DNA from: Guillardia theta CCMP2712
Lineage: Eukaryota; Protista; Cryptophyta
Length of the DNA: 64,000 nt
Direction: 5' to 3'
Assembly (NCBI RefSeq): GCF_000315625.1
Contig: NW_005434614.1
Span: 364,404-428,403, forward strand
The notes under the pieces are model-generated. The model was given only the letters and a program-made list of their open reading frames with translations, was not told the DNA's origin and made no database searches. This document shows positions 1 through 12,973 of this stretch, one piece after another. Made by a program: the position numbers and the translations under genes. Position 1 is the stretch's first letter; every line of letters starts with the position of its first letter.

Positions 1-2158
1 ACTGCCCGAGCAGCTGGATACACCTCTGTACCAAGTTTCTCGTCGTGTATTTATGTCAAAAGTTTGCCTCCTTTACCGAATCCTCCCCCCCAGATTGTCT
101 ATCCGCTTCAGCAAACGTGTTCTGCAGACTGCGTCAGTTGTTGTGGAGAACTCAACTGCACAATACCGAACAACGCGACCTGTTGTAGAAGGGCGCATGC
201 TATCCGCGGAGCCAGTTTCCAGATGGACGTCAAGGCAATCACTCAGGACTACGTGCAGAGAGTTGATGTGAACTTCTCTTTTCCTGAGGCAGTGCTGCCT
301 GTGCCAACAACTATCCAGAAGAAATGGGGTTGTGGTGATGTCTCCTTCGATCAGTGTACCTCTAATCCTTCCATCTCCAACGATGTAATGACGAAAACCC
401 TTTTATTTGCAAGTTGCTCGGTTCTGATGCAGATACCGGTCAGGTTACAGTGAGATTCAGTTACGCACAAGGCCAGGACTCTATGACAGGAATTTACAAG
501 ATTTGCTATCAAGCTGTGCAGGTTTGTTTGTACCCCTTGGGTGCTAATTGTTAACACAGTACGGTCTAGGTTTCAGATCCGCTTGTGAACAATGAGCTCT
601 GGGCTAGATTCTATGGAGGAAGTTACACTCAGAACAGCTGCCTTGTCTGCATCGCGTTGAGGATAGAAAGCGAACCTTTCTTTGTTGAGACCACGCTCTT
701 GCAGCAAGGCTCGACGGACAACTCAGTAACAATCCCTCTAGCAGTAAGTCAGATCTTGCCCTCGAGAAACCCTTTAGGAAATCATTACAGGTTGGGCGGA
801 CACTTCGAATCAATCTCCTAGCTGCATACAACATGGGAGGCTCAACTGCTAGCTTAGACATCTTCCCATTATCCGAACCGGGTCTTCCAAGCGGAGGGGT
901 CCTGTCGGCAACCAAGGTGGTTCGTTTCTTCCATATTTCGTGTATAAATGGAGTTCACAGCAAGTCAACTTGACTGGATCTGCTGTTCCTACTGCGTTTC
1001 AGCGTTCTTTCGACTTCACCCCTCATGTACTGACCTTTGCCTGCTTTTTGGTGTTTTGATACTGTAACAGGTTGGGCAACAAGCTCAGACGTTCTCCGTG
1101 TGTTTTGCAGCCAAGAGAACCGACATTGCTCTACAGACTCCACTGAACAGATGTTATATCATACAAGTGTATGAGGCAACTGTGTTCTGGAAAGTAGAGA
1201 AGGTGCAATTCGCGCCTCAAAGATTTTCGAATGAAGTTTGATGAGCAGGTTGGAACCAGCAATGTGATTGAGCTCAGATACCTGCGAGATACTGTGACTG
1301 TCGGCTGTCCGGTATCATACTTTCTGTACGCCAAGAGTCAGTTCTACAACATAGAACTTGAGCCAGACTTCAACTCAACCTGCGACGGATGTGCTTTGAA
1401 CGAGACATACGTGGTGCCTTCCTGCTCGAGCGATCCGAGCCTAACTTGCTGCGGCAATGGCAAGTGCGATGGGTTCGAGACAGGCATCAGTTGCCCAGTA
1501 GACTGCAAGAATGACAACTTCGATCTCAAGCAGTTGGTCTTGGGAAATTCAGCGAACGAATACACGAGCTCAATCCAGTTCTCGTGGACTCCAAAGGCGG
1601 ATATGAGAGGGCGGAAAGTATACTCCTGTCTGAGGGCAAAGGACGCAGTGAGCGGAACAGGAGCAATTTTTCAGAAGCTCACTCCATCGATTGCTCCGTC
1701 TTTCTGCTTTGTTTTTGATGTGGAGAAATGCAGCTTCTGTCTGAGCGGAGGGGCGACGTTTGAGCGGATCACTCGCACATTTCTCTTCAATCACGACTGG
1801 CTGCTGTTGTACAACAACAACCCCAACATCCCAAATCCGGACTCAGTTCCAGCTGAGACACGGCTTGTCATCGGTCCCACCTACACCGTCAAGCGGGGAG
1901 ACACAGTGATGAGCATCGCAGGTGCGAGCGGCTGGAAGTGTTTGCGCCTTGTAACTCATTTGCACAGCGTGGGCGAAAACAACGGTGAAAGGCATTCTAG
2001 ACCACAACCCTGACATGGCAGATCCTAACTTCCTTCCCCCGGGCTCCACAGTGTGCCTGTCGGTTTGCAGTCAAGCGGCCTCATATCAATGGTAAGAGGG
2101 TGAAACGCAGTGAGATGTAGGGGTGGAACATCTCCGCAGGTGTAACTTTATTGTTTGA
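1..2158 (+). CDS. Cys-rich protein with two C-terminal LysM domains; multi-exon, 5' end lies upstream of the window
   Basis: ORF 1231-2013 has ...WLLLYNNNPNIPNPDSVPAETRLVIGP and YTVKRGDTVMSIA. After a short intron it continues AWAKTTVKGILDHNPDMADPNFLPPGSTVC, completing the second LysM. Also a CGNGKCDGFETGISCPVDC Cys motif. Confidence 0.8.
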
Positions 2159-2200
2159 GTTTGCGGCATGTACATAGAGAGAGAGCTGGTTCAAACGCTG

Positions 2201-5200
2201 CTAGTCCTCCTTCTCCTTCTCCTTCTCCTTGCCCTCCAGCACCTCAGCGAAAGCATCGAAGAGAGCTCCTACGGGTATGGAGTACAATCCAATCCCTGCC
2301 ACCACCAAGCAGCACGCCAGCACCTGTCCGAGGGGAGAAAAGTCAACCTGTCCCCACTCGCCGCTGAGGAAGATAGCTGTAAAGTAGAGCGAGGAAGGAA
2401 TGTTGTCAAACGCTCCACCTAAAGCTGGGTTTCCACGATCGAGGAGGTAGAAGCCATAGGCGGAACCGACCCAGATGATTAGAGCGAGGAAAGACGTTGC
2501 AATGAGAGTGTCCTTGGAGGCGCGGAAGACGTCGTCGATCAGCGTGAAAGCCTCAGTGTAGTGCTCCCATTGCAGCACCCTGAGCAAGCGGAGGAAGCGA
2601 GGAAGCGCAAAGTCATACGAAATGCCACAAGCTGCCCAGTACCACTCGAGGTAGAAGGGAAGGAAAGCGAACATGTCAGCTGTCCCAAAGAAGGAGGTCA
2701 AGTAGCCCATCCGTGAGAACCTGAGCATAAATCAGCCTCTCCTTTCAAAGGATCAGACTCACCCGGCCCTCCGATCATAAGGAGCAGCAATCACTCGCAG
2801 GACATACAAGACCGTAAAGAGCATCCCGCATACTCCCTCCAGCGAAGCGAAGAAGCCGTCACCGATCTGAACTCTCATCGCCTAATCGATTGCTCAGTGA
2901 CGCTCGATGATCAAAAACAGACGCACTGGATCAGACTCAAGGATGATCAAGACAACATCGAAGCCGATGAAATAAAGCATGAGGTTGTCGAACCAGACAC
3001 CTGTGTCATCGTCCGGGGACAGCATGATCTGAATCTTGGAGGCGAAGGAGCCGTCATTGAGGTAAACAGGATCTTCAGCCTGAGCAAACAAAATCAGGGT
3101 AGCTATAAGGATGTACGATAATTCAACGAGCCATGGGTGGAGAGGGCGCAAACGAGTAAGTGAGCTTGACAAGCTTAAAGAAGCAAGAGATAGCAAGGAG
3201 AAGAATGAAGAAGAGTGGAGAGCGATAAATGGGACCTTGGCTTCTCTATTCTCCTGAGATTTCATTCCTCTTCGTTTTCTCTGCTCTTTGTAAGCTGTAG
3301 GCTCGACAAGCATGAAGAGGATTACCTCTTTGAGAGCCACGTCTGTGAAGCCATTTGCAATGATTCCCGAGGGGATGCTTACGATTCCCACAGCAAACAA
3401 GCACATGAGGAAGCAAAGAAATTTCCCCGCGAGTGTGTAGTCGATAAGGGGATAGTCTCCAGAAAGATGTATCAACGTGTAGGACATGGCAGAAGGGACA
3501 TCCTTGTAGCGTTTTGCCTGCATGAAAGTCAGCAGGCAAAGTCAGAGGCTTGACGACCTCTCACCATTGTCACTCCATTTTCAGTGGGATCCAGCAAATT
3601 GTTCTTCTCCGTCATCCACATCAACGTGCTAAACATAAGCCAGAAAACTGTCGCCGCAAAGCCTGTAACAGCAAGAGGAAGCGAATTTTCACGAAAGACG
3701 TCGTCGATAAGCGTGATAGACGGGATGTACCTGCAGCAAAGACTAAGGAACTTATCGCACGCACACAAACACTCTCGTACTTGTCCATCTTCAGCAGTCG
3801 GAGCAGACGGAGCATTCGCAAGGCCTCGTCATATTTGTCCACAAGTCCTCCCGGAAACAGGAGCGACCAGTAGTATGGGGCAATGGTGAGAAAATCTGTA
3901 GAATTTCAGAGGGATATGCAGGAAAATGCATCAACCGATAATGGCATAGAAGGAAAAGATGAATCGCATTCTAGGAAACCTCTTGCTGGAAAACAATGGA
4001 TCTAGAGGTGCTGAAATAAGACGAAGGATGTATTCAATCGTGAAAATGCAGACGGAAATCTGATCATCAAAAGAAAACATCAAATATCAAATATTAAATG
4101 TCAAAAATGAACAATCAAGTTCAAACCAGCTCGATATGATCTAACAGATGTTTATGCTCCTTGCTGAAGTCTGGCAATGTTTCCATAGACTTTGAAGAAA
4201 TAAATGGTCACAAAACACCAAAGAGATCAGAAAAAGAGAGCAAAAAGATGCATACCTGTTGGAAGACAGTGGCGAAAATAAGGTAGAAGAGAATCTGTTC
4301 AAAAATGCTTCCTAGCAATGTTCTCCCTTCTACAAATTGCCGAATAGGGAAAAGAAAGCTTTCTTCTTGGCTATGAGACTCTTGCTGCTGGCTGGCATCC
4401 TCGTCTTTCTTAGAGTATCTCTCTGTCGCCCACTCTTCGAAGCCGTTTCCAAGTATGCCTATGGGGATGGCAAACGTTCCAACAGCCAGCACTCCCATCA
4501 CTCCAGATATGACTTTGCCAAGGGGCGAGTAATCGCAGAGCGGGACCTCACCACACAAATTGAGCAGCGTTGGCCACATGGCATCGGGGATAGAGGCATA
4601 GTAGTGCTTCCCGTCCGGCGCCACCAACTTGGGGTTGTTGCGCTCTAGCAGATACATGACAGAGGAGAAGAATATCCACAATACTGTTGCTGCAAAGCCG
4701 CTGACCGCCAACACATCTCGGTTGTTGAGAAGAATATCGTCGAAGATGGTGAAGACTTTCACATAAGATTCTAGCTTGAGCATCCGGAGGAGTCGGAGAG
4801 ATCTGACGAACGAGATGTTCACCTCGAAGGGCCAGAGGTCAAACGTTGAGAGAAAGAATGGAAGAATAGCTGAAAGATCCACGATAGAGTAGAACGTTCC
4901 AAAGTACTTGATTCGCCCAAAGAAGCCGCTGTAATCGGGACGAACACCGACAGCATAGAATCTCAAGAAATAGTCCAGAGTGAAGACAATCACTGACACG
5001 TCTTCAATTCTATCAAACCATTTCATCAAACTTTCATACCGATGCATGTATTGCATCGAGTCCATCACAAAACCAAGAACATTGCACAAGATTACCACGA
5101 TCATCGCCTTCTCATACATTCGCCCTGCATCGGTATAACCATAGAGAAATCTGAAAGCCTCAGATTGAATATCTCCGCACAACATTGGTTCAGAAACTAT

Positions 5201-7039
5201 TTCAGTTTCATCATTCTTTTCCTGCTTCTTTTTCTTAGCCGCATGCTCCTCAAAGCCGTTTCCAAATATGCCCGTAAAGATTCCAAAGACGGCGCATGCT
5301 ATTGCGGAGGTGAACACTGCAATCACTTTTCCTAATGCGGACCTGTCGTTGACCAGAGGGAACTCTCCGAATAAGTTACAAAGGGTGAAATACGAAGAGC
5401 TTATAGTAGATTTAGTAATCTGATGAGCAACAAAAGATTTTCACCTGGCGATGCTTGTGAAACGTCCATCCATCGCTGGATTGTTTCTTTCCGCCATCCA
5501 GTTTGCCCCTGACAAGATGATCCATACCTTTGAAGACTTTAAACAAAAGCAGAAAAACATTTGATTGCATGCTCACAGCTGATCCTACAAATCCTGATTT
5601 GAATATCAAGACCTTATTTTCGCGATAGATATCGTCAAAAACTGTGAACGCCTCCAGGTACCTTTCACCAAATCAATTTTTGGTGTCTTTCGTTTTGCAA
5701 ACAGAAATCAGAATTGAAAGGAGTTGGTGAGACCTTCCTTCTAGACGCATCACTCGGAAGAGACGAAAGATCCTCAGAAACTGAGATGCTGGCAAGTCGA
5801 TGTAAACCCCTTCGCCTTTGCAAGCAGCCTGATAACGAAGGTAACTGAGCGACTATCAGGATTGTACTCATACTCTTGTAATATACAGCGAGTAAAGCTG
5901 CAATTGAAGAATCAATGACTGTAACAGATACAAATGATCGTTAAAATTTAGAATCTTGCCTCGAAGTAGTAAGGAAGAATGCTTCCAAGGTCAACGAGGG
6001 AGTAGAAGGAGAAAGTCCAGCGCCTAGTGTTTGCATCAGCTCAGATACCATGGTGACCTTGTAATCTCACAATCGTGTCATGAAGACATCAGTTTTTCCA
6101 CTGCATTGAAACTTAAGACACAAAGAACAAAAGAATTTGTTCCTCCTTGCCTTTTCACATGAGTCATAAGGTGTTCAGGATCATCGGCGGAGCTCCACCA
6201 CCGCAACGCATATTCAACAGTGAAGAAGAAGACCTGTTTGTGGAGAGGTCAGCTCATGGATCGATCATACTATAGACTAGTGTTACTGACCGAAAAGGTT
6301 TCTAACGAATCAAAGAAATGATACACACTGGGTTCAAATCCTTCAACCTGCACGAAGGATCACATGTTTGCTTGCTTAAAGACCAATAACAAATATCATG
6401 TCGATCTTCTCGCATATTGGCTCAGCCATATAGTTTTTTTCATCATTGTTGAAGCTTTATCTGTGCTGCACTAGGACATAGCAAGAGATTTTTATTTTAC
6501 CGAGTCAAGTATGAAGCACACAACGTTCAGAGTGATCAGCAAAATCGAAGGTACGACCTGTTTCAGAAAAATCAACAAGCAGATGCACTTTGATGGACAT
6601 CAGCTCACAAAATATATTCCGTATTCATCTTTGGCATCCAGGAACTGATGAACACTGAAATATGCAGCATTAGAGCAATGAACATGAAAAATCATGACAA
6701 CGGGTCCACTAAGGTCTAAACCAGGGGTCTCAGAAATGATTTCGAGTGAATCGTTTGAGATCACGAAAAATCAAATGAACAAACTAAAAGAAACTGGTAA
6801 ACCAAAGAAATTGGTTCAGGATTGAAAAATCAATACCCACTGCACAAAGGTACGAATCCTTCACTGATGGGGCATAAGGGGCATAGCAATGGCAACACAC
6901 AATGTTGCTTCTTCTCATTCGTTTTAAATCTCCAGAAGTCGATAAGAAATCTTTGAACACGAACCAAAAAGTGGACAAGATACTTAAGGAGGAAATCAGA
7001 AAACAAGGAACAAGCTCACCGATGCCGAAAGGATGCCAT
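2201..7039 (-). CDS. Four-repeat (4x6TM) voltage-gated-like cation channel made of Kv/KCNQ-like units with non-GYG pore loops; multi-exon, start approximate
   Basis: Four S4 segments: FLRIFRLFRVMRLE, FVRSLRLLRMLKLE, ALRMLRLLRLLKMD, PRFLRLLRVLQWE. Four pore loops: TLCNLFGEFP, TLLNLCGEVP, TLIHLSGDYP, TAIFLSGEWG. Four S6 segments: IFTGIFGNGF, IPIGILGNGF, IPSGIIANGF, IPVGALFDAF. The repeat-I S2 exon VFFFTVEYALRWWS lies at ~6160-6233. Confidence 0.85.
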
Positions 7040-7165
7040 GACGTTCTGACAGAGGTCGTAAAAATCATTAGTCAACCATTTACCATTGGTAGTAGCAGTC
7101 GGTCAGAAGAGCAGTAATAGTACAGTAGTTAGACAATGATATTACGCAACAGATGAGGCATATCC

Positions 7166-7193
7166 AGGGTTTAGAGGGTTTAGGGTTTAGGGT
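7166..7193 (+). repeat. Short interstitial telomeric tract (TTTAGGG-type)
   Basis: agggtttagagggtttagggtttagggt directly abutting an LTR. Confidence 0.85.
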
Positions 7194-8735
7194 TAATCGA
7201 ATCAACCTCCACCTCACTGGCCAGAATCTATTTAACCCAAGATCCACCAAAGACTAAACCAACACTTCCTTTATTCACAGCAGTCACCTTCCCTTCAGTC
7301 CCTTGCAACCAAGTACAATGCACAGCGCGCAGTGGACACGTGTCCTCCTAACCCCCTCTTCTCCGCCTGACCCTCAGGCTCGTCGATTCCTTAATTCCAG
7401 ACCTATGTCGAAACCCACTTCCATCTCGCTGAGCTTCGTCCACCAATGAGACGCAATACCCTGAACTTCTCGCCGTCTCCAAGAACTTATCCGAGTTCTT
7501 ACACCCTCCCTGACGAAGTTAAGCGAGATTCTCAGCTCACCCTTTTCCAACATCATCTCCAAGCTGTTGCCCCCTTCCCTGGTCCTCCTTGCATCCTTGA
7601 TCACCCCCTTCCAGCTCCATGCTCCTTCCTTCATCCTCATCTCATCCTCCGACCTGAAAATCCCTTCCAGCATCCTTCCAGCATCCCCATCTCATCCTCC
7701 AACCTGCATGCTCCCAGGCTGCATCCCAATCACCTCCTCCAAGCTCCAAGCTGCTTCCTGCACCCAGCTTCTCCTCCAAGCTCCAACCTGCTTCCTGCAC
7801 CTAGCTCCTCCTCCAAGCTTCAACCTGCTTCCTGCACCCAGCTCCTCCGCCAAGCTCCAATCTGCTTCCTGCACCCAGCTCCTCCGCCAAGCTCCAACCT
7901 TCTTCCTGCACCTAGCTTCTCCCCCAAGCTCCCACCTGCTTCCTTCACCTCGCTCCATCCCTCTTTTACCTACACATCCTCCTTCATAGAAACCTCATCA
8001 GTAACATCAACACTCCTCCACCACCTGAACTTGAATGTGCGCACTGCACTTGTTCATCAGGCTCCCCCTCTGATCAGTCAGACTCCCCTGACACCTTTCT
8101 GATCATCCTGTCATCCTCCCCATCATTGTATTTCAAATCCCACTGTTTTCAATTGTCATCCATCTGACTTTCTCCATCCAAATTTTTCAACCCAATGATG
8201 TCCATCAATCATGACCAATGTTTTGTCCTAACTAACCTGCTCTACGGGCCCATCTAAAATCTCTATCTAACCGCGGTATGAAAGATCGATTTGGCGCCAT
8301 TTTCACCTGAGAGCTCTTGATAAAAATCATTTGCATGCATTGTTCTTTTCGACCTCATGATCTTTCATTTGCCTTTCCCATCAATCATTTCTTTTGAATC
8401 ATTTTTCGATTTCTCAATTTCTCAATTTCTCAACGGCCGATTAAATTTCGATTTCATTTCTGACGATCATGGGTCTTGTATTTGATCATGATGGAGGCGT
8501 CACCTAACCTGTTTGACTGAACCCAGAGTTTCCTTGAACAGTCTTCGGGAGAGCAAGCTTCATACCACGCCCAGCCAATCATCTGATTCTACTTCTCCAT
8601 AGCAAACCTTCCTTCCAAGGTTCTCCCTCCCTGAATCAGAGATTGGTGTAGGCGTTTGCTCAATGGCACAAGCTGTACGAAGAACCTCATTGTGTACAAG
8701 CTGGGATAAATCCCACTGAAGTTCCAAGTTGCTCC
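7194..8735 (-). mobile_element. 3' fragment of a Ty1/copia relative: 310 bp LTR (7194-7503), PPT and long 3' UTR
   Basis: Starts taatcgaatcaa, compared with tattggaatcaa at 18243. Shares gagttcttacaccctccct (LTR end + PPT) with 18722-18740, and ccctccctgaatc (~8625) with ~19940 and ~20017. Confidence 0.75.
7740..7955. repeat. Tandem repeat, ~37 bp x ~6, in the retroelement 3' UTR
   Basis: Unit caagctccaacctgcttcctgcacccagctcctccgc with variants. Confidence 0.9.
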
Positions 8736-11490
8736 CAAAGCGCTGTCTCCAGGCCTTCATCAGCATCGCGTGCGTCTCGTGCATCACCGTCTTCGTGCTA
8801 GCAGCCATCACGATCGCCATCACCTGCGGATCTTGTTCCTTGCGCTCCATTACCGGCACCAGCATCAGCGACGTCTTCCCTACCCACTCTGAGCCCCCCA
8901 GGTCGATCCTGCGGTCCAGCCCCCTCACCTCCTCCGCGTGCTCGCACACCCAGGGCTCTCCGTCTCGCTTCCCTAGCATCCAACCATGTCTTCCCGTGCA
9001 GGAAAAGGTGATCATAGAGACCTCGTCCTTGGAAGCATCGGACGAGATGCAGTACAGCAGCGGCTCCGCTTCCTCCTCTTCCCTGTGCACCAGGGCGATC
9101 TGCCATGCAGCGTCAGGGCGTGGGCGAGCAGCTCGCGCCATGTGCCTGCGCGATCTGAGCATCGAAGGCAGACATCCAGAACCTCGGGTCCTCCACCTGG
9201 GCAGCAAAGGAAGTCACGGACGCTGGGAGGCCCTCCGCTGCTCCTACCACACATCCTTGTTGGAAGAGAGTGACAGCGTGAGAAGCGATGCGGAGGACGA
9301 GCGCCAGTTGATCCTGCTTGACGTACAGCTGCTCGTTGTGATGCATCACGTTCCCCAGCAGCACCGCAAGCCACTCGGTCGTCTCCACGTCTGACTCGGA
9401 GAACCTCTCCGCGTTGCTCCCGATCGTCAGCAGCTGGACAACCGCGTCAACGTCGACGACATCGATATCAACAACAATGTCATCAAAATCAACTTCTACA
9501 ACATCAACGACAACAACAAGTTCATCAAGGTTGTCAGGGACTAACCGCGCATGGAGTCGTGGAGTTGTCAAGGATGGGGACACAGAGGACTTCAGAGCGC
9601 GAGTGCTCAGACCCTCCCACCTCCAGGTCGAACGGGCCCAACGAGCCGTCGATGGTCTCCTCGTCCTTGACCTTCACTCACAGGATCAGCCGTAAGCCTC
9701 GCCCAGCTGAGCCCCACCTGGACCAAGCTCTTCTTTCTCAGCGCCTCAGCCGCTATCCCACCCTCTCTGACGTCAACGAACTTAACGCGCCCGCCGTCGC
9801 CGTCGGGGAACTTGCGGCGGAACGTCAGGAAGGGCCCGGGACTCTCCGACTACCTCGAGGAACTCGTTGGTCTGGGCATCCACCCACGCTAGATGCGCCG
9901 CGTGAGCCCCGATGATGGCGGGAAGCTTGGCGGCGATCTTGAGCGACATGGCGTGTCGCTGCATGCCGATGGTCTGCCAAGACATAAGACTATGTCACGT
10001 GAGACGATCGCCACCTGGTTGACGAGGTACAAGATCTGCACCTTCTTGTCGTGATCCTCTGCATCGGGTCAGGTTCGGGGGCTCGAGTAACCTCGTTCTC
10101 ACGCTTGGAGGCGACGGGCTTGTCGGCATGTCTTGCCAGCTCCAGCACGACTCGACTCACGGGTGATGCCATCTTCTCGCTCGGGGCCTCAGGCTCCCGG
10201 GCATGCTCGTTGCTCGAGCTCTCAGACGGTCGCGCATGGTCGTCGGGTTGGGTCTGCGAGATGCTTCAGTATCGCCACGAGCTTCTCGTCCTCGTTTGCT
10301 ACCTTCGCTCCTCCTCTCATCGCCGCATGCCCCGCAGCTCTGACCTCACGGCGAGGAGAAGCTGACGCAGCAAGAGAGGAGCGGGGGGTAGGCTTCTTCC
10401 TCGCGCTGGAGGGCTGTGAGGGGGGCTTGGGGTTTAGGCCTCTCTCGGTAGGGAGTTGGAAGCAAGGTTGTCGCTCGGGAGCGAGTCGAGTCGCCTGAGG
10501 AAGAAGTGTTGACTGCCCGTGAGCGACGGCTCGTCCTACGGGGGATGACAGGGCCTGGTCCAAGTCTGTTTGGCAGCCTTGAGATTTCATCCTCTTCGCG
10601 TATCCCTCCACGCTCTCTCCTCCTTCCTCCCCCTCCCAGCCCTTGTCGCGCGGGCTCGCCTGAAGTTTTCGGCTTGAGGGCTGCAGGTCACAGGAAGTGA
10701 GTGGAGCAGGGGAGAGGCTCCGACGTGCTCGCCTGCCGCCTCTGCCTCGCCTTGCTCATCCTCAGCCGAGTAAAGATCTCACTCCACAGGGCCCATCGCT
10801 CCATGCCGATCGACCTGAGCTCCTCCCATCAAATGAAACAAGTCCTGCCCCTGCCCCTGCCCCTGTCCTTGCTCCTGTTCCTTCTCCTGCTGCTGCTCCT
10901 GTTCCTGCCCCTGCCCCTGCCCCTGCCCCTGCCCCTGCCCCTGCCCCTGCCCCTGCCCCTGCCCCTACCCCTGTCCTTGCTCCTGCTGCTCCTGCTGCTC
11001 CTGCTGCTGCTCCTGCTGCTGCTGCTCCTGCTGCTGCTCCTGCTACTCACTTTTCTACAAGCAAAACGAAATCTTCGAGCTCGATATCTCCTATCAGCAG
11101 CGCCTCCACCTGAGAGTAAGGGAATGAATGGCAAGGAGGTACAAGGACGTCGGAGTACTCGCAGAAAGGCATGCGACTTGTGGAACTCCGGGTCTGCAGC
11201 GCGTCAGAGCGACGAGGCTGAGGAGCTTGAGCTCACTGAGATCTCCTGCGTGAAGTCGGGGCGATCTCAAGGCGTCTACAGGGAAGGCGTCAGCACAGAG
11301 TCGCAAGGAGGAACGAGCTGCCGCACAAGAGTTCGACTCGGAGGAGAGCCTGACGGAGGGAGGGAGGCGGGAGAGGAAACCAGGTCTCGCTTCCACCACA
11401 TTCTTGTTCAGCTTGTGGTACATGACGTTCTCCCTCTCACCGCACCGCCTCCTCCTCCTCTCTCCCTCCTCCCCTTCGCCTGCTGCTAGC
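8736..11490 (-). pseudogene. Disrupted GAF-domain protein gene flanked by retroelement fragments
   Basis: GAF-like WVCEHAEEVRGLDRRIDLGG..KTSLMLVPVME..QVMAIVMAA. The upstream frames are broken by stops and frame switches, and the C-terminus runs into retroelement 3' UTR. Confidence 0.5.
10845..11045. repeat. (CCCCTG)n / (CTG/CTC)n low-complexity tract
   Basis: Visible directly. Confidence 0.95.
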
Positions 11491-11496
11491 CATGGT

Positions 11497-12830
11497 GTTA
11501 GCAACGGACCGAAAAACGGTCAATGGCGGGGCGGGCCCGGGCAGGATCAAGTGGTTGGGAAAGAGAAGAGAGACGTTATCAGCTTATGTTAGAGTCAACA
11601 ACAACGCTATGCGACTTCTGACATACACTTGTTGCAACCACACATACATGTCAATATGATGGGCCCCTTGCTTCTTACATACACCAGTCACGGCAGTCTC
11701 TACAACTACAGTCAGCACACAGTTGCGACAGAAATCATACTGCTTTGATTCTGTTAAAAAAGCTTTTCCCCCCATATCCTGCAACTGCGCCTCCCATGGC
11801 TGACTCCATTCCTCTGAACCAGCATGAACTCCACCCCTCGCGTAAAGTATGTCCAGATGCTCACTGAACGCCACTGATCTCAGCGTCATCATTCCAACAA
11901 ACTCCTTGAGTTTTGAAATCTTCTCCAAAAAGAAAAGATCCAACTGCCTTCCACCTCGTTAACGGTAGAATCTTTGTAAACAAGTCTGCTGGCTGATATT
12001 TGGTAGACACTTTGACAGGAAGTAGCTCGCCCTCATCCACCATAAGCACCGCAAACTTGGCACGTAAGGCGATGTGTTTCAGTCTAGAATAAGCTCGTTT
12101 CTCGGTCAACAAACGAATACACGGCTCGTTATCCAGCAAGAGCAATGTCGGACGTTGCTGGCAAAAACCCAACTGTTGAAGTAAGCTGCGGTACATCTTG
12201 ATATGCTTGGCAGCTACCGACGTCGCATAGATTTCTGCCTCTGACGATGAAAGTGATATGACTTTCTGTGCTTTCGAACCGTAAGAAATGACCCCTCCGT
12301 TCATCACGATAGCCCAACCTGATTGACTTCGGCGCGTCAGGACATCCGTCCCCCAGTCACTATCACTCGCAGCTACGAGTTCATTGTGAAACACCTCCTG
12401 ATTGACAGATACACCTAGAATCCCTTCGGCTTACCCCCTTCTTTTTCTTCTTGCCAGAAGCACTCACTGGATTGCCGGAATCACCGTCATCAACGGGACT
12501 ACCATACTGATCCGACACCGTCTTGGACAAACTTTGCAACTGCTCCACATAATCTCGAATCTGCCCGCTCTTCCTCCAACAAAATTTGGCATTCAGGAAA
12601 AGCAAAACGACCTGCCTTTTCCATTCCTCCGTCAACTCGCCATCCACATTCACACTCTTGTTCTTTTCCCATACAGTATGAAACTCACCACCAAAATTAC
12701 CGAGTTGATCGAGTGGAAACTCTCGTATCAACGGGCCCAAACACAAGCCCAATCCTGTCCGATATCGATTCATTGCATTCTGAATCGGAAGCAGAAGTTC
12801 ATCCAATTCCTCCTGTGACGTCACAGGAGG
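11497..12830 (-). mobile_element. Internally deleted, 5'-truncated Ty1/copia remnant with the gag N-terminus joined to RNase H; possible short LTR at 11497-11623
   Basis: ORF 11861-12394 is copia RNase H (SDSDWG..RRSQSG..SSSEAE..DN..KHI). ORF 12381-12824 (TSQEELDELLLP..FPLDQLGNFGGEFHTVWE) aligns with the gag at 25181-26869 (TSKEKLEDLFLP..FPIDETGSFVGEFHEMWE). Termini tgttag..ctgaca are tentative. Confidence 0.85.
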
Positions 12831-12831
12831 A

Positions 12832-12854
12832 AGGGTTTAGGGTTTAGGGTTTAG
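12832..12854 (+). repeat. Short interstitial telomeric tract (AGGGTTT)3AG
   Basis: agggtttagggtttagggtttag. Confidence 0.9.
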
Positions 12855-12973
12855 AGCGCCGGTTATTTCAGGCAAGCGCCGGTTATTTCAGGCGCAGCGC
12901 CGGTTATTTCAGGCACCATGGAGCGCCGGTTATTTCAGGCACCATAGAGCGCCGGTTATTTCAGGCACCATGG
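12855..12973 (+). repeat. Five copies of AGCGCCGGTTATTTCAGGC with 1-7 nt linkers
   Basis: Visible directly. Confidence 0.95.

Noticed and set aside
6150-7117. Plus-strand gene
   Set aside because: The minus strand encodes S1-S2 exons of the four-repeat channel.
10697-11489. Poly-PA, poly-L and poly-RG ORFs (similar ones at 36000-47000 and 55000-57300)
   Set aside because: These are translations of microsatellites.
12855-12973. Repeat array resembling CRISPR
   Set aside because: Linkers are only 1-7 nt and not unique, there are no cas genes, and the context is eukaryotic.
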